In this document: positions 11,301 to 41,235 of the stretch, in pieces
How the letters are laid out: the number at the start of each line of letters is the position of its first letter
Numbering within the stretch: the stretch's first letter is position 1
From: Phoronis australis
Taxonomy: Eukaryota; Animalia; Phoronida
DNA length: 45,624 bases
Assembly: GCA_002633005.1 (NCBI GenBank)
Contig: NMRA01000287.1
Span: 147,333-192,956 of the forward strand
Direction of reading: 5' to 3'
Made by a program: the position numbers and the translations under genes
The notes under the pieces: generated by a model
Told to the model about the DNA's origin: nothing
The model's database searches: none
Seen by the model: only the letters and a program-made list of their open reading frames with translations

Positions 11301-14300
11301 TCCATCAGCAAAACTGGCTGAGGAAACGGGAATGGTGTTTGTTCGATTTAACTACAGAGTCGGTGCCTTTGGCTATCTGCCAATAGAGGCCCTTGGAAAA
11401 GATAGTGGTAACTTTGGACTTCTGGACCAAGTGGAGGCCTTGAGATGGGTGCGAGCTAATATTCTTGGTTTTGGTGGTGACAAGAGCAGGGTAAGTGATG
11501 TTGTGGGTATGCACAGCGTGAGAGAGGGGCTTACCCAGGTAGATGTAGTGAGCTATCTTGTATGTACAGTGTGAGAGATGGGCTTACCAGGATAGATGTA
11601 GTGAGCTATCTTGTATGTACAGGGTGAGAGAGGGGCTTACCAGGGTAGATGTAGTGAGCTATCTTGTATGTACAGGGTGAGAGAGGGGCTTACCAGGGTA
11701 GATGTAGTGAGCTATCTTGTATGTACAGGGTGAGAGAGGGGTTTACCACGGTAGATGTAGTGAGCTGTCTTGATGCTAGCTATGGTAGAATTTTCTTACT
11801 ACAAAATACAGGTTTGATTCTGCTGGGTGGTGAAAATATTTTGTGTTGCTTGCACTGAATTCTTTTTCACTTCCTGGACAGCGCATGTTAATTGCACCTT
11901 CGTTTTAATGATCCCAGGGTAAATAGAATCCTTAAATATTGTTTCATGGGCAAGGCCAACTCACGCAATAGGCTTGTGAGTGTAGGATATGTTCACCAGG
12001 GGGCATCACAACATTGGAAGATGTGTGTCACGATAACACTGTTATCACGGGTCAAGTACAGGCTTTAATTTGTAAGATTTACTGCAAAAGATCATTACTG
12101 TATTTAGAAATGTTTGTATGTATGCAGTATGATTATATTTGAAACTACTCTTTGAGCCTAACCTAAGACATTGACTGTTTGAAATGAGCAACTATTAACC
12201 TGAGGGACCAAGTGGCCATTAAACTAGAAATCCAAGTTTTTCATAACTTTGTCAGCCCGTTCAATGACTATTCTGCTGCGTCTAATAATAATGCAGTGCT
12301 GATGGTGTTGGCCGGCAAGACTCTTGCCAACGTTTATACTTCCTCCCACTGGTATCCAACTTATTGCCAGTTAAATGCGTTTTTTTAGCAACAGCCTAAT
12401 GAGAAATGAGTTTTTTATAATTTGAACTAACTTGCCGTTTTTGAAATAGTCAACATTTTGTGCCCGAACTTTCTGTTTATTGTAACACTTTGTGAGGTTT
12501 CTTTAGTGATTACTCTTATTGATAATTATTCTTGGTAGATCTGAATTTTAAAACCGCTCTTATGTGCCAAAAATTTATAAATATGTTAATTGAGACGACT
12601 TCAACTACATGACAAATGTTGTTGAGCCATTTCTAGGCCTTCTGATTTTCTATCCTTTGGAAATGTAAAACTTCGTAATCTACGAACGAAGGCAAAACTT
12701 TTTTATTATGATCAAACATCAGCTATCTGTTAATACGGAGAAATTTTTTTAAAAAAGATTCTGATTGCTGGTATTTCCCAGTTCTTTTGCCTGTTGTCTG
12801 CACTATGTCTTGTGCGCTCACACCAACTTTATAGTGCCCGATGTCTGCACTATGTCTTGTGCGCTCACACCAACTTTATAGTGCCCGATGTCTGCACTAT
12901 GTTTTGTGCACTCACACCAACTTTATAGTGCCCGATGTCTGCACTATGTCTTGTGTACTCACATCAACTTTATTTGCTTCTGTGAATGTGAAAAGACAAT
13001 TGTGGAAGTAACCAGCCCAGGTTCTTCTTTTTGTGCCTCTAGGCAAGTGCATTAATATGAAAAGACTCTATTGTTGATGTAATCAGTCCTGGGCCTTGTT
13101 TGTTTTTGCACCTGAGGACTGACTACAGGTAATGCACTATTATTCTGTTGGAAAAGCATTCCAACTTGCTCAATGTTCAGTTATGTAAGTTGTGTGTATT
13201 TGCAATGTATGTGTCCTGCTTCACTTATTAACTTCTGCTTTAAAATAATTTTTTCTTGTCTCTAAAACAGCCATTTATGATGTCATAAATGTTTCTCGTA
13301 AGGAATTTTGTCTTTCTCAATCCCAGTTATTGTGTTCATCGAGTCACAAACATCTTGATATTGCTTTTCAGCAAATAGAAATCTAACCTAACAACAAACC
13401 TCTTGTCTTTACCTGTCTTTAGCAGTTGGTCCCAAAAGACATAAGAATGAATGAATTCAGACCATTTTTACATTTGGTTTTGTGAGCTTATTTTACTTTG
13501 ATATCTAAAATTGGCAGAGTTGTGTTGCTGTAAGTCTGTTTCGTCTTATCAGGTGACTGTATTTGGTGTGGGCGCCGGCGCGGCCTCAGTTTTGGCCCTC
13601 ATTTCATCCCCACTTACTAAAGGCTTGTTCCAACGCGCCTGGATATCTAGTGGAGTCTCCAGTATTTCTGGTCAAGCGAACCGCAGCGTTTATGAGCAGA
13701 AATTTGTGATGTAAGTATCCATCGTTCTACTGGTCCGATTGAATTAGGATTAATAATAATGGATCACTTGAACGTTTTCTGTGTGTTTTACTTTCAGCAC
13801 ATGAAGAGCTTCAATGTCAGGGGTTATGGTTTTATTAGTTTAGTACTCACTATGTGGCGCTACCTCTCTGTAATCACAGTGGCAATTGAAGTTATTAAGG
13901 TGATCACCCCTTATAGTCTTTGCTATCTTCAATGCACATGTACGTATCAACTCTCACCTTGGATCTTATCATTATACCATGGTAACGACTCAATGGATTG
14001 TTTATTTATTAACAGGGCCACTACTTGTCAAAAAAGCTGGGATGGTATGGACTTGATGGAGAGGGCACATTGTCTGCGACAGTTAAGTGCCGATGATGTA
14101 GCCCATGCTGACTATCTGTCCAGTGACGACGACGATGTGTTCTATGAGCTGCCATCATCCAAGACTAAAGATAGACTGACCCGACTAACAGTTAATTCTC
14201 ATAGAAGCAGTGAGTTCACAGGCATGTCGCGATACACTGTAGGCTGTCAGAACATCTGATCTTGTTCTAGAGAATTTACTGGCCTGCCTTTTCCCTATGT

Positions 14301-17300
14301 ATTGTTCGCTGATTGCCCTGTCTTATCAAACTGTAGGTTTTAAATATCTGGTCTTGTCCTAAAAGTTGATGATGGGCTGGGGACGAATGGAAATGTGCAA
14401 CTTTGGCCAGGAATGTACATTTAACCTGACACTGGTGTATTGTTAAGTGGCTTGAGGCTATTATATTCACGTGACTGAAAAGATGGTCAATAGAACCTGT
14501 GCGTGGTCAGTGTTCAAAAGTAGAACCGTGCGTGGTCAATGTTCAAAAGTAGACCTGTACGTGATCACTGTTCAATTGTAGAACCCTGCGTGGTCAGTGT
14601 TCAAATTTAAGTAGAACCGTGCGTGGTCAGTGTTCAAAGGAAGAAACGCTCGTGGTCAATGTTCAAACGTAGAACCGTTCCTGGTCAGTGTTCAAAAGTA
14701 GAACAGTGCGTGGTCAATGTTCAAATTCACTACTTCAAACTCATCTATTTGAAGTACCACAATTTAATTTGCGGCATGTCTATCTTATTTGTAGTTTGAC
14801 CTGTCTTATTTATTAGTGTGATCAGGATGTGATATATTCACCATTCTCACAAACTTTCTCAGTCTTCACCCATGACTGTAGCTCTTCTGCCACTTTCTTT
14901 TCAGTTAGATTTTCTTTGACTATTGCCAATTGTCAAAACGTTTTGCCAGACTTTGATAGAACTTGACATAAAGTCATATAATGGGCACCAGAGGACAGTC
15001 ACCAGGTGGCGACAGAAGTCGTCTCACCTGGAACTGTTTATGTCTGATTGTGTCTACAGAATTCCTTGATAGACCTGTTTTTTGGCCACCCAGTGACCAT
15101 TTTCATGATTTCAAGTCTGTCTTGGCGTGTGCTTCTACATCTGTCAAACTGCTCAAAGTATCATTATAATGATTGGCAGATCTTTTTGGCAAGTGTAGTC
15201 CTATGTAATGTAGTCCTGTGAACTTCATAATGGCAATTTCTCTTTGGATGATTCTGATTGATGCTATGACTCAATGTGGCAATTCTATTTTTTTCGTTTG
15301 CTTCTGTGTCTTTGGAGTTTCTTGACGGATTTTCATGAAATGTGGCAAATAGGTTTCTAGTACGGATAAGACAAGCCTTTCGTCTTTATTGGTGGCTTGA
15401 CATATTGCACACCAACTATTGGCCATTTTATGGTATTTATAAGCATCTCTTGAAGCATCCTGTTTCCATTGCAGTCGTCGGTGCATTTCACAGCTTTGTC
15501 TTACTCCTGTTGTTAGAGATCATGCTTGGCAAATAAAATGGCATGCTGGGACAATTCAACTTTTAGAGCCTGGCCTTGAGGAATAACAAAGTGTTCCAAG
15601 TCCAGACATTACACGTATTTTGACCAACTAAGAGCGTGGAATCAATTTCAAAACAATTAGTGGATGTCTAAATCAAAAGTTGATTTTTGTGGCGAAAGGT
15701 TTAACTGTTGTATGTAGATTTATTGTTGGAGAAGTTTTGTTAGTTCCTGACTGCACTTTAAGCATGTTAGACTTCCAGATGTTGGCTGGACGACGTGTTT
15801 GTTTGACCACCTTGTTATCTTATATTGTAAAATCTTTCTTTTCCCTTCCAGGCATTTTACAGTATCCGTCCAATGAAGCCCTGATTTCAGGGACTGTCAA
15901 CAAAGTTCCTCTACTAATAGGTAAGGTCTACAGTATGTCATCAATAGTTCCCATCTGTCTGCTTACAACAGACAAACCCCAGTGGAACGAACACATGCTC
16001 CATGGGCCGATTTACATTTTGCTGTAATCATATTATGCAGGGTTAAAGCGTTTATTTTTAGTTACTTCCTCAATTTCACAGAAAATGGAAACCAAAACCT
16101 TAACATGTGCCCGAAGTCTGGGGCTGTTGAAGAACTCTCACAAAAGAATATTTTTGAAATGACAAAATGTTCTGCATGCTCCTCCAAAAATCTGTCCCGT
16201 TTCCTTTGTTTTTGCAAGCTAACGGGTTATTTTAAATCTGCACAACCACTACCACAAATCACCACCACTACAACCACCACAACCACCACCATCATCACCA
16301 CCACAAACAGCCACCAGCACTGCCACCACCATAATTCTCATTCTCATTCTGGTATCATCCATCATCTCATGAAAATGAACTATTTGCACTAATTCAAAGG
16401 AATTGGTCTCATTTAGTTCCTGCCTCATGCATTATAAGTCATCCCCATACATTACAAGCCAATTAGTTGCTAACTCATGCATTATAAGTCATCCCCATAC
16501 ATTACAAGCCAATTAGTTCCTAACTCAAGCATTATAAGTCATCTCCATACATTACAAGCCAATTAGTTGCTAACTCATGCATTATAAGTCATGCCCATAC
16601 CTTACAAGCGAACCACATGATACACTAACCTTTCTCCCGAGTATTTATCTTGAATCTACAGGAGCCAGCCCAGCCCTTACCACTGGCTGCCCAATATTTT
16701 TAATACCAAACAGTGCATTCCTTACAACCTCTCTCCACACAACTAACCATGCATCGCAGCCATTCTTGCCAGACAAAAGGTGTACAATTTTCAGTGTTTT
16801 TGATGGTAAATTTGGCTCAGTGTGGTTGGTGGTAAGTTTGACTCAGTGTGGTTGGTGGTAAGTTTGACTCAGTGTGGTTGGTGGTAAGTTTGACTCAGTG
16901 TGGTTGGTGGTAAGTTTGACTCAGTGTGGTTGGTGGAAAGTTTGAGTCAGTGTGGTTGGTAGTAAGTCTGACTTTGTGTTGGTTTCAGTTGAGTCACTGT
17001 AACAGTTGTTAAGTGCATGGTACGTCCTTTGTGGAGGGAGCCAAGGTTTCCTCTCCAGTTGTACACTCTATTCTATATGATCTACAGTAAATGTTTCATT
17101 TCCACACTAGTCTGTGATGGTGTGATTTAGAACTCAAATTACTGGTTGATCCAGTTCAATGTTTCAACAGTGTGACCAGGGTCAAATCGAATCTATTTTT
17201 TTCCTCAAACTCAAACTCAAATAATTTAATTTTGATGCAACTTAGTCTCAGAGACAATACACGACTACATTATTTGGTAATTGATGAGATAACTTGTACA

Positions 17301-18403
17301 AGTCATTACTAATGCATGACGTGTTTACACCTGTAACAGTTATATTGTAGTAGAGTGGAATAGTAAGAGCACTGTGTGGAACATACATCAGTCATATAGA
17401 GTACATATAATGTGTGTGTAATGTACCCACTAGACAACTAACAATTATTAATCTTACATGCCTTTTGTTGGTCTTGTCTTGTGACCTACAGTCTCGACAG
17501 GGACTCAAACCTGGGACTTTGTGCTCACCGTGCAGAATATTGGCAGAAATTCCCAGGTTTGAGTCCAGTTGGGACAGAGATAGTTTTAGTCATAACTATA
17601 GGTCATGTGACATGGTCAATATCACATGACATGACTTGATCAACATATGACATGTAAGCAGGCTAATAATTTGTACTTATATTATATCAATGTATTGATT
17701 TATAACAGGACAATTATATGCTTATCGTCCGTTTGTCTAGAATGATCAACTTTTCTTTTATTTCACCCTAGGGAGCATGGGACAGGAAGTCAACTTCTAC
17801 TACTCGGGGTATGACGAGACTTGGAATGATATGTATTCCAATGTGACGGCAAAGTTGAAGCCACTGTACAAGTCAGAGGATGCTGACAAACTGATGAGTA
17901 AAATTGAGGAGCTCTACCCTCGCTACGTGTCCCCCCGCTATCAGCTGACTACTATGGTGTCCGATATACTTGTCACGTGCCCGCTGAATACTCTGGCGAC
18001 TCTCACCTCATCTGCAGGTTTCCTCACCTACAGGTACCAGGTACTGCCTAAACTCCTGCTGGACTCTCAGTCTTCTTACATGTCAGACTCAAGGTGGGCA
18101 TTTCATGGCTATGATATAGCCACTTACTTTGGCCAGCTCGAAAAAGCATTTGACGAAGCTCAAGTGTACAACTATGATCTAACTGGAGAAATGCCCACAA
18201 ACTTTGATTTCAATTTCAAAAACTTTTTGAGGATGGTTATATATAAATTTGCCTCTAGCGGTTCAGTTCCAAAATGGCAAAACTACAACAATGGTACCAT
18301 GGCAACATACGAACTGGATAAAGGAGAATCATCTGGCACAGCAGCTCATGTTGTGAGATGTGACTTTTGGAACAAGATGGGGCTGACTGGGTGGGAGTAT
18401 TAG
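8217..18403 (+). CDS. Neurotactin-like type II membrane carboxylesterase-family protein, predicted catalytically inactive; 7 exons, 655 aa
   Basis: join(8217..8369,10197..10496,11029..11490,13553..13710,14016..14209,15852..15920,17772..18403) = 1968 nt; all GT-AG, phases 0,0,0,2,1,1. Motifs GIPYAEPPIGDLRW, SEDCLYVDVFTP, NYRVGAFGY, GNFGLLDQVEALRWV, FGGD..VTVFG, CLRQLS, HGYDI; one N-proximal TM helix. Confidence 0.9.
8696..8856. repeat. Minisatellite, 53-bp self-complementary unit x3
   Basis: Unit catcac(a/t)tagggtatgtgatgcactgttggcacatgtcactgcaccaacggtg. Confidence 0.9.
8948..9176. repeat. Minisatellite, 38-bp unit x6
   Basis: Unit aaccaagtgactgtgttcaaggtacacagtacactact. Confidence 0.95.
10197..10496 (+). 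CDS. Esterase-like gene exon 2 (transmembrane anchor and start of ectodomain)
   Basis: tcacag|GATGAT...TTCACA|gtaggt; KRK then WILLGILIVLLLAIIIIIIAIVV; CGEVMG..GAYVFT. Confidence 0.9.
11029..11490 (+). CDS. Esterase-like gene exon 3
   Basis: ttgtag|GGCATACCT...AGCAGG|gtaagt; GIPYAEPP, EDCLY, GNFGLLDQ, FGGD. Confidence 0.95.
11511..11772. repeat. Minisatellite, 53-bp unit x5, just after the exon 3 donor
   Basis: gatgtagtgagc at 11542, 11595, 11648, 11701, 11754. Confidence 0.95.
12794..12972. repeat. Minisatellite, 47-bp unit x ~4
   Basis: Unit tgtctgcactatgtcttgtgcgctcacaccaactttatagtgcccga. Confidence 0.95.
13553..13710 (+). CDS. Esterase-like gene exon 4 (nucleophile elbow, Ser replaced)
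   Basis: ttatcag|GTGACT...GTGAT|gtaagt; VTVFGVGAGAASV, GLFQRAWISSG. Confidence 0.95.
14016..14209 (+). CDS. Esterase-like gene exon 5
   Basis: aacag|GGCCACT...AGCA|gtgagt; C...HCLRQLSADDV. Confidence 0.85.
14490..14726. repeat. Minisatellite, ~30-bp unit x8
   Basis: Unit agtagaaccgtgcgtggtcagtgttcaaa with variants. Confidence 0.9.
14940..15430. mobile_element. Highly degraded relic(s) of the same CTCF-motif-bearing repeat family
   Basis: caccaggtggcgac followed by aagtcgtc at ~15000; ggattttcatgaaatgtggcaaataggt at ~15327 matches the reverse complement of the family subunit. Confidence 0.45.
15852..15920 (+). CDS. Esterase-like gene exon 6
   Basis: ttccag|GCATT...ATAG|gtaagg; ILQYPSNEALISGTVNKVPLLIG. 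Confidence 0.85.
16246..16332. repeat. Degenerate (ACC)n microsatellite
   Basis: caccaccacaaccaccaccatc run. Confidence 0.85.
16424..16608. repeat. Minisatellite, 50-bp unit x ~4
   Basis: Unit ctcatgcattataagtcatccccatacattacaagccaattagttgctaa. Confidence 0.95.
16815..16975. repeat. Minisatellite, 26-bp unit x6
   Basis: Unit ctcagtgtggttggtggtaagtttga. Confidence 0.95.
17430..17740. mobile_element. Palindromic (fold-back) element with two inverted tRNA-like B-boxes
   Basis: Nested inverted pairs: ctagacaa/ttgtctag, cttacatg/catgtaag, tgaccta/taggtca and perfect ggactcaaacctggga (17501-17516)/tcccaggtttgagtcc (17551-17566). Confidence 0.65.
17772..18403 (+). CDS. Esterase-like gene exon 7 (terminal)
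   Basis: ccctag|GGAGCATG...TAG; GSMGQEV, SDILVTCP, WAFHGYDI, CDFW. Confidence 0.92.
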
Positions 18404-18610
18404 GCCTCGGAGTGTGCTGAAGTTTTGAAATTGACCTGGACTAAGTTTCAGTGCACTGGTTGCTTTAGTGAGGTGCTTGATGGAGTGGTGCTTGCTTATT
18501 TGTTGCACTTATCTCACTACTAGACTTCGGGCACTGCACAGTGCAGTTGACCATGTATCACATTCCAGAAACAAGGGATACATGTATTACTAACTTATCA
18601 ATACAGACAA

Positions 18611-18850
18611 GGAGGCAGTGTCGCTTGGTGTTATAGGTGTCCGCTTTCTTTTCTCAAGGTCGTGGGTTCGAGTCCCACTGGGTCACATTGGTGAACCCTT
18701 GAGTCAGGTTTCTAGCTCCTCAGCTCAGTTTTAACTATTAAATAAAACATAAAAATGGTTTCAGGTGATTGGTGCAATGAGCCCACATGTGTTGCCTGTG
18801 CACGTCTGGTACAACATGTACCAGACTGCCTGCAATTATTTTTTATATTG
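18611..18850 (+). mobile_element. tRNA-derived SINE, CORE-SINE-like, in the putative 3' UTR
   Basis: A-box-like gtgtcgcttggtg; B-box GGTTCGAGTCCC at 18665-18676; central gtgaacccttgagtcagg...ctcagtttt...aaaatgg resembles the CORE domain; 3' stem-loop and AT tail; second partial copy at 5650. Confidence 0.75.
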
Positions 18851-19734
18851 ATACAAGCTGTCAAAATATATTAAGTTTTCATCAAGGAATCGGTATATAA
18901 ACAAAACATTTATACTTGTTGGTTTTATAATTTTTTTTTCATTTTTGACGGTGTTATTTTTAGAATACCTTTCAATAAGTTAAAATGTGCGATAGGGATG
19001 ATTTTGTTAACCTCACGAGTGCCTTCTGGAGTAATTTTGTAGTTATTTAAATTTGTTATATTTCGTGCATTGTGCCAGCATTATTTTACTTTCCAATATT
19101 TAAGCATTTCGGGGGATTTCACCTACAGAGCAGCCATCATAGAAAATGAGCCTCAAACGTATACATCAAATGAACACATAGATTAGCACTAATTTTGCGT
19201 GAAATATTCTGGAGATGCACACCATCCAGTAAGTTTAACGCTGACAAATCTCACAACTTAAATCAAAACAAACTATAAACCTGCTATCAGAACCCAAAAT
19301 TTAATCTCCAAACTTGATTCAGGCTCACAATTTAACATATCCTGTGACTATTCAAGCCCAAGTTTTTTATTAAGTTCATGTGTAGGGTGCCATCAATCGG
19401 TCAATTTTTGTGTTGAATTTCTTTGTCGCTGATGACATCAGATGTTTACGAGCTTACTAGCATCCCATAGTGCATTTGAAAAATGACAGCACCCAAGAGC
19501 AAATCCCTCGAATTTCCTGGTTTTTAGCTTTACAGTGTGTAAGTTAATTTGATTACAACACACGCCTGTTATAGCCAGAGAGTGTTGTAATGGAATTGGA
19601 CTGTTTTGACTGTTTATTCCATTATTATAGGGAAGTGAATCAAGATGTCTTCACATTTTATAGTCAAGTTAAGTGGTAGTAAACTAGTCTTGTGCACTTA
19701 GTGTAGGCATAGAAAGTACATTTGTGTTGAATGG

Positions 19735-20070
19735 ACTGGGCTGGTACAGTCATGATTTTATAAAGAACTAGTCACCACAGTGCAGACTAGGCTGGTACAG
19801 TTGTGATTTTACAAAGAACTAGTCACCGCAGTGTAGACTGGGGTTGTACAGTCATGGTTTTATAAAGCACTAGTCACCAGAGGTAAGTACATATATGTTG
19901 AGTACACTGGTCTGGTGATTTACAAAAGAATTCCTCTCCTGAGTTGAGTACATATATATTGTGTAAACTGGGCTGGCACAGTCGTGATTTTATAAAGAAC
20001 TAGTCACACGTTTTAAAGTACATGTATGTTGAGTACATTGGGCTGGTACAGTAATGATTTCATAAAGAAC
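19735..20070. repeat. Degenerate tandem repeat (~50-70-bp units, 5-6 copies)
   Basis: ctgggctggtacagtcatgattttataaagaactagtcac recurs. Confidence 0.8.
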
Positions 20071-21147
20071 ACATCCTTGCAGTAAAAGGCACAATGAACC
20101 TTGACCTTCTCTGATAAAACGCTGATGATTTAGGCACTTACCATTTTAAAATCGGTCTTGTCATATTTCTTACTCGGATTAGAAATGGTTTTAATGTGGA
20201 AAAGAACCGACAGCTTGTTAGTGCTTCTTAACACGCTTATGAAGTTGACTTGTCTGTACAGGTAAGTCACAGTGACCGTCGAGGGAATCTCCGGTGTTTT
20301 ACAGTAAATTAGAGCAAAGTGTAAGAACGTGATGTAAGTTTAGAAAAAGTTTTATGCTTGTGAAGAAAGTTTAATTTTACAAGATGGTCTTCTTTAGCTT
20401 TAAAGCAGAATTAACCAGTGGTGTAAGGCTGGATCATAGTCACTTCAACTACCTTAAATGCACTTTTGACATTATCTCTGGAACAGAGGTTACAGTGCAT
20501 ACTTTGGTTGAACGTAATTGGTTGAATCTCTTCTTGATGCCTTCCATGTACATGTACTCATCAGAAAGTGAATGTATTTCTGGCTACTATGTTTTTATGA
20601 ACAAAACGGGGAGTTACTTGAGTATCTTTGCTTTCTTGGATGCAATTCTTCCTTTTACATGCCTTTCCTGCCAACATTCGTTTTATTTTACTGAAACGTC
20701 CTACACTGTCCAGTGTTGTGGGAGCCAAGTTTGAACTCTGTTGAACATTTCACTTCTGTTGATCTGATGTTGGATTAAAAAGGCAAGGTTCTGTTTCTTT
20801 ACTGTTATTACTGGTACAGTTTGACTGGCTGTCATAATTTTGTGCAGTCTCAACGTAACACCCATTCTGTGGTACTCTCAAACACAGCAGCGGTCATTTC
20901 GTTTAGCCAATCACTGAGCTCAACAGGAACTGATGCAAAGTTGAATGAAATCCAAGAATACAAATATTAATCATCTCCCCTGATTCACAGTGTGCAATCG
21001 AAGCTCCAAAACTGACATTTTGAATTGAGTGTGTTGTATTTATAAAGGCCTTTGCTGTGCCTTCCATTGTATTTGGTTCACATTTGAGTTGGAACCCTTG
21101 GTTTTGTTATTTAATACGAGCAAGTGTCCATAACTAAATGTATAAGT

Positions 21148-21179
21148 AATAAAAACCATGGACTGTAAGGCTGTTTATT
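21148..21179. terminator. Candidate back-to-back polyadenylation signals of the two convergent genes
   Basis: AATAAA on + at 21148-21153 and on - (tttatt) at 21174-21179; GT-rich tract at ~21240. Confidence 0.35.
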
Positions 21180-22903
21180 GCCTCAGTACGGTTAACTGTT
21201 TCAAGCTTTCTGTAGTGTGGACCCAAGGTTTGATTAATTGTGTGTGTGTGCGTGCGTGTACGTTTTGCTATCCAAAAAGCAGGCCAGTAGGTTTAGATCA
21301 TATCATAACTGTGAGCATCATTTTACATAAATATAACATTTAAAAATGATTGGTAGAGCCCAAAGTTGCATAGCATGGTTGTGACTGTAACTGACTAGAG
21401 TGGAAGCTTTCGATCTGACGTCAAGTTTCGTGATTGTAGAATGTTTATGTGACAAACTGTCAGTGCAAGTTTTTCCGCAATAGACTTCTTTCAAAAATGA
21501 TACACATACAAAGATGTTTGGTGACGGAGCAGACCTACTTCCACCCATAGTCATCCAGGGTGGGTGTCAAGGTGGGTCTCATCGGATCCACTATATGGAG
21601 TAATCACAAAAAGCCAGGAAGTAAACCTCACAATGAAGATATGTGGACACAAGTCGAACCACTTGCTTATTGAATAGGGCATTGAGGACAACAAGTAATT
21701 TAATAGCTTAAAGCTTAAAAATAAAAAATTGTAATGGACCGCAAACACGTCGTGCAGATAAAGTGTCTTGTAGATTTGTGAATGATAAGATATGAGGAAA
21801 ATAAACAGTAAGCTGGTATACAGCACTGTATTCAAAGTTTTTAATATTACAAGCTTGAGAGACGGACAATACACAAATCAGCCAACCGACTGACTGAACA
21901 CTGTTGGTTAGGCTGCACACGTGGTGCCACCTCTGGACCAAAATATCAAGCAGCTCTACAGATATTCAGAGAAAAGAATGTTAACAGTTAAACAGTACTT
22001 AAGTAGTCAACTTATAAATCATGAAAACATTTTGCATAGCAAAAATGATCAACTTGGACACAGTTACCAGTCAATTACTAGTCAAGTTGTCCAAACTCAA
22101 AACTGCAATTAAGTTATCCTACAGGTAAAAACTGGTTGATTCTGACACTATAAGCAGTTAAAGCGACATTCCCTTTATACCTGCTGCCTAAACTGCAGCC
22201 CATAAATTTAGTTACAAATCCACACAGACTATGTTTTGAACCTTTGATATCACCATAAAATACAATAGGCCCAGTCATATAATGTATTTTTCTACCTCCA
22301 CTAAAGAGAAGAGTCAAATCCATGATGTGCCTTTAGGAATCATAAACAGGTCATCTATGGCCCCAACAAGTAAAAACAGTGCCCAGCAGTCATCAGTTTT
22401 AACACTGCTGGCAAACCCTTTCAAGACTGACATGCTTCACATCAGTTGGAGGTGATTGACCCTTCAATTCTTTTCATGTAGTAGGCAAATCTAACATGCA
22501 CAAATTTTGAGAACCAGTTTGATGCCTGTTATTCAGTGGAGAAAACTGGTTCTCAAAGCACGGGCACGTTATATTGATATTGGACTATTACCCTTTTTGG
22601 TGGTGGCTGTATAAGTAAGAAAGAATGCTCCTTGAAAGAACGGGACAGGCTGTACAATGAGACATGGGAATATAATAATATTAAAAACATCTAGCACTTG
22701 TTTAAAACCCACAAATACATAAACAAGCTTTAAGTAACAGTTATTGACTAAATGGCATACATGAAGTTTAAAGTAAAATGTACATTGAACAGCTTTGGAA
22801 CTCATGGACGAAACAAAAATCACGCAACTTGGAAAGACAAAAGAACATCTTGATCCCAACAGATCAATATCTTACAACACTAAATCTGAGCACGGACAAC
22901 ACT

Positions 22904-41235
<18,332 letters not shown>

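Noticed and set aside
15982-16392. 136-aa ORF with poly-Thr/His
   Set aside because: Intronic; low complexity comes from the ACC microsatellite.
8217-18403. Calling the esterase-like gene a pseudogene
   Set aside because: The reading frame is intact over 7 exons with structural motifs and cysteines conserved; only catalytic residues are changed.
18611-18690. tRNA gene
   Set aside because: B-box is present but there is no acceptor stem or cloverleaf, and it continues into a SINE body found twice in the window.
20384-20734. 116-aa ORF between the genes
   Set aside because: No recognisable motif or splice context; consistent with UTR sequence.
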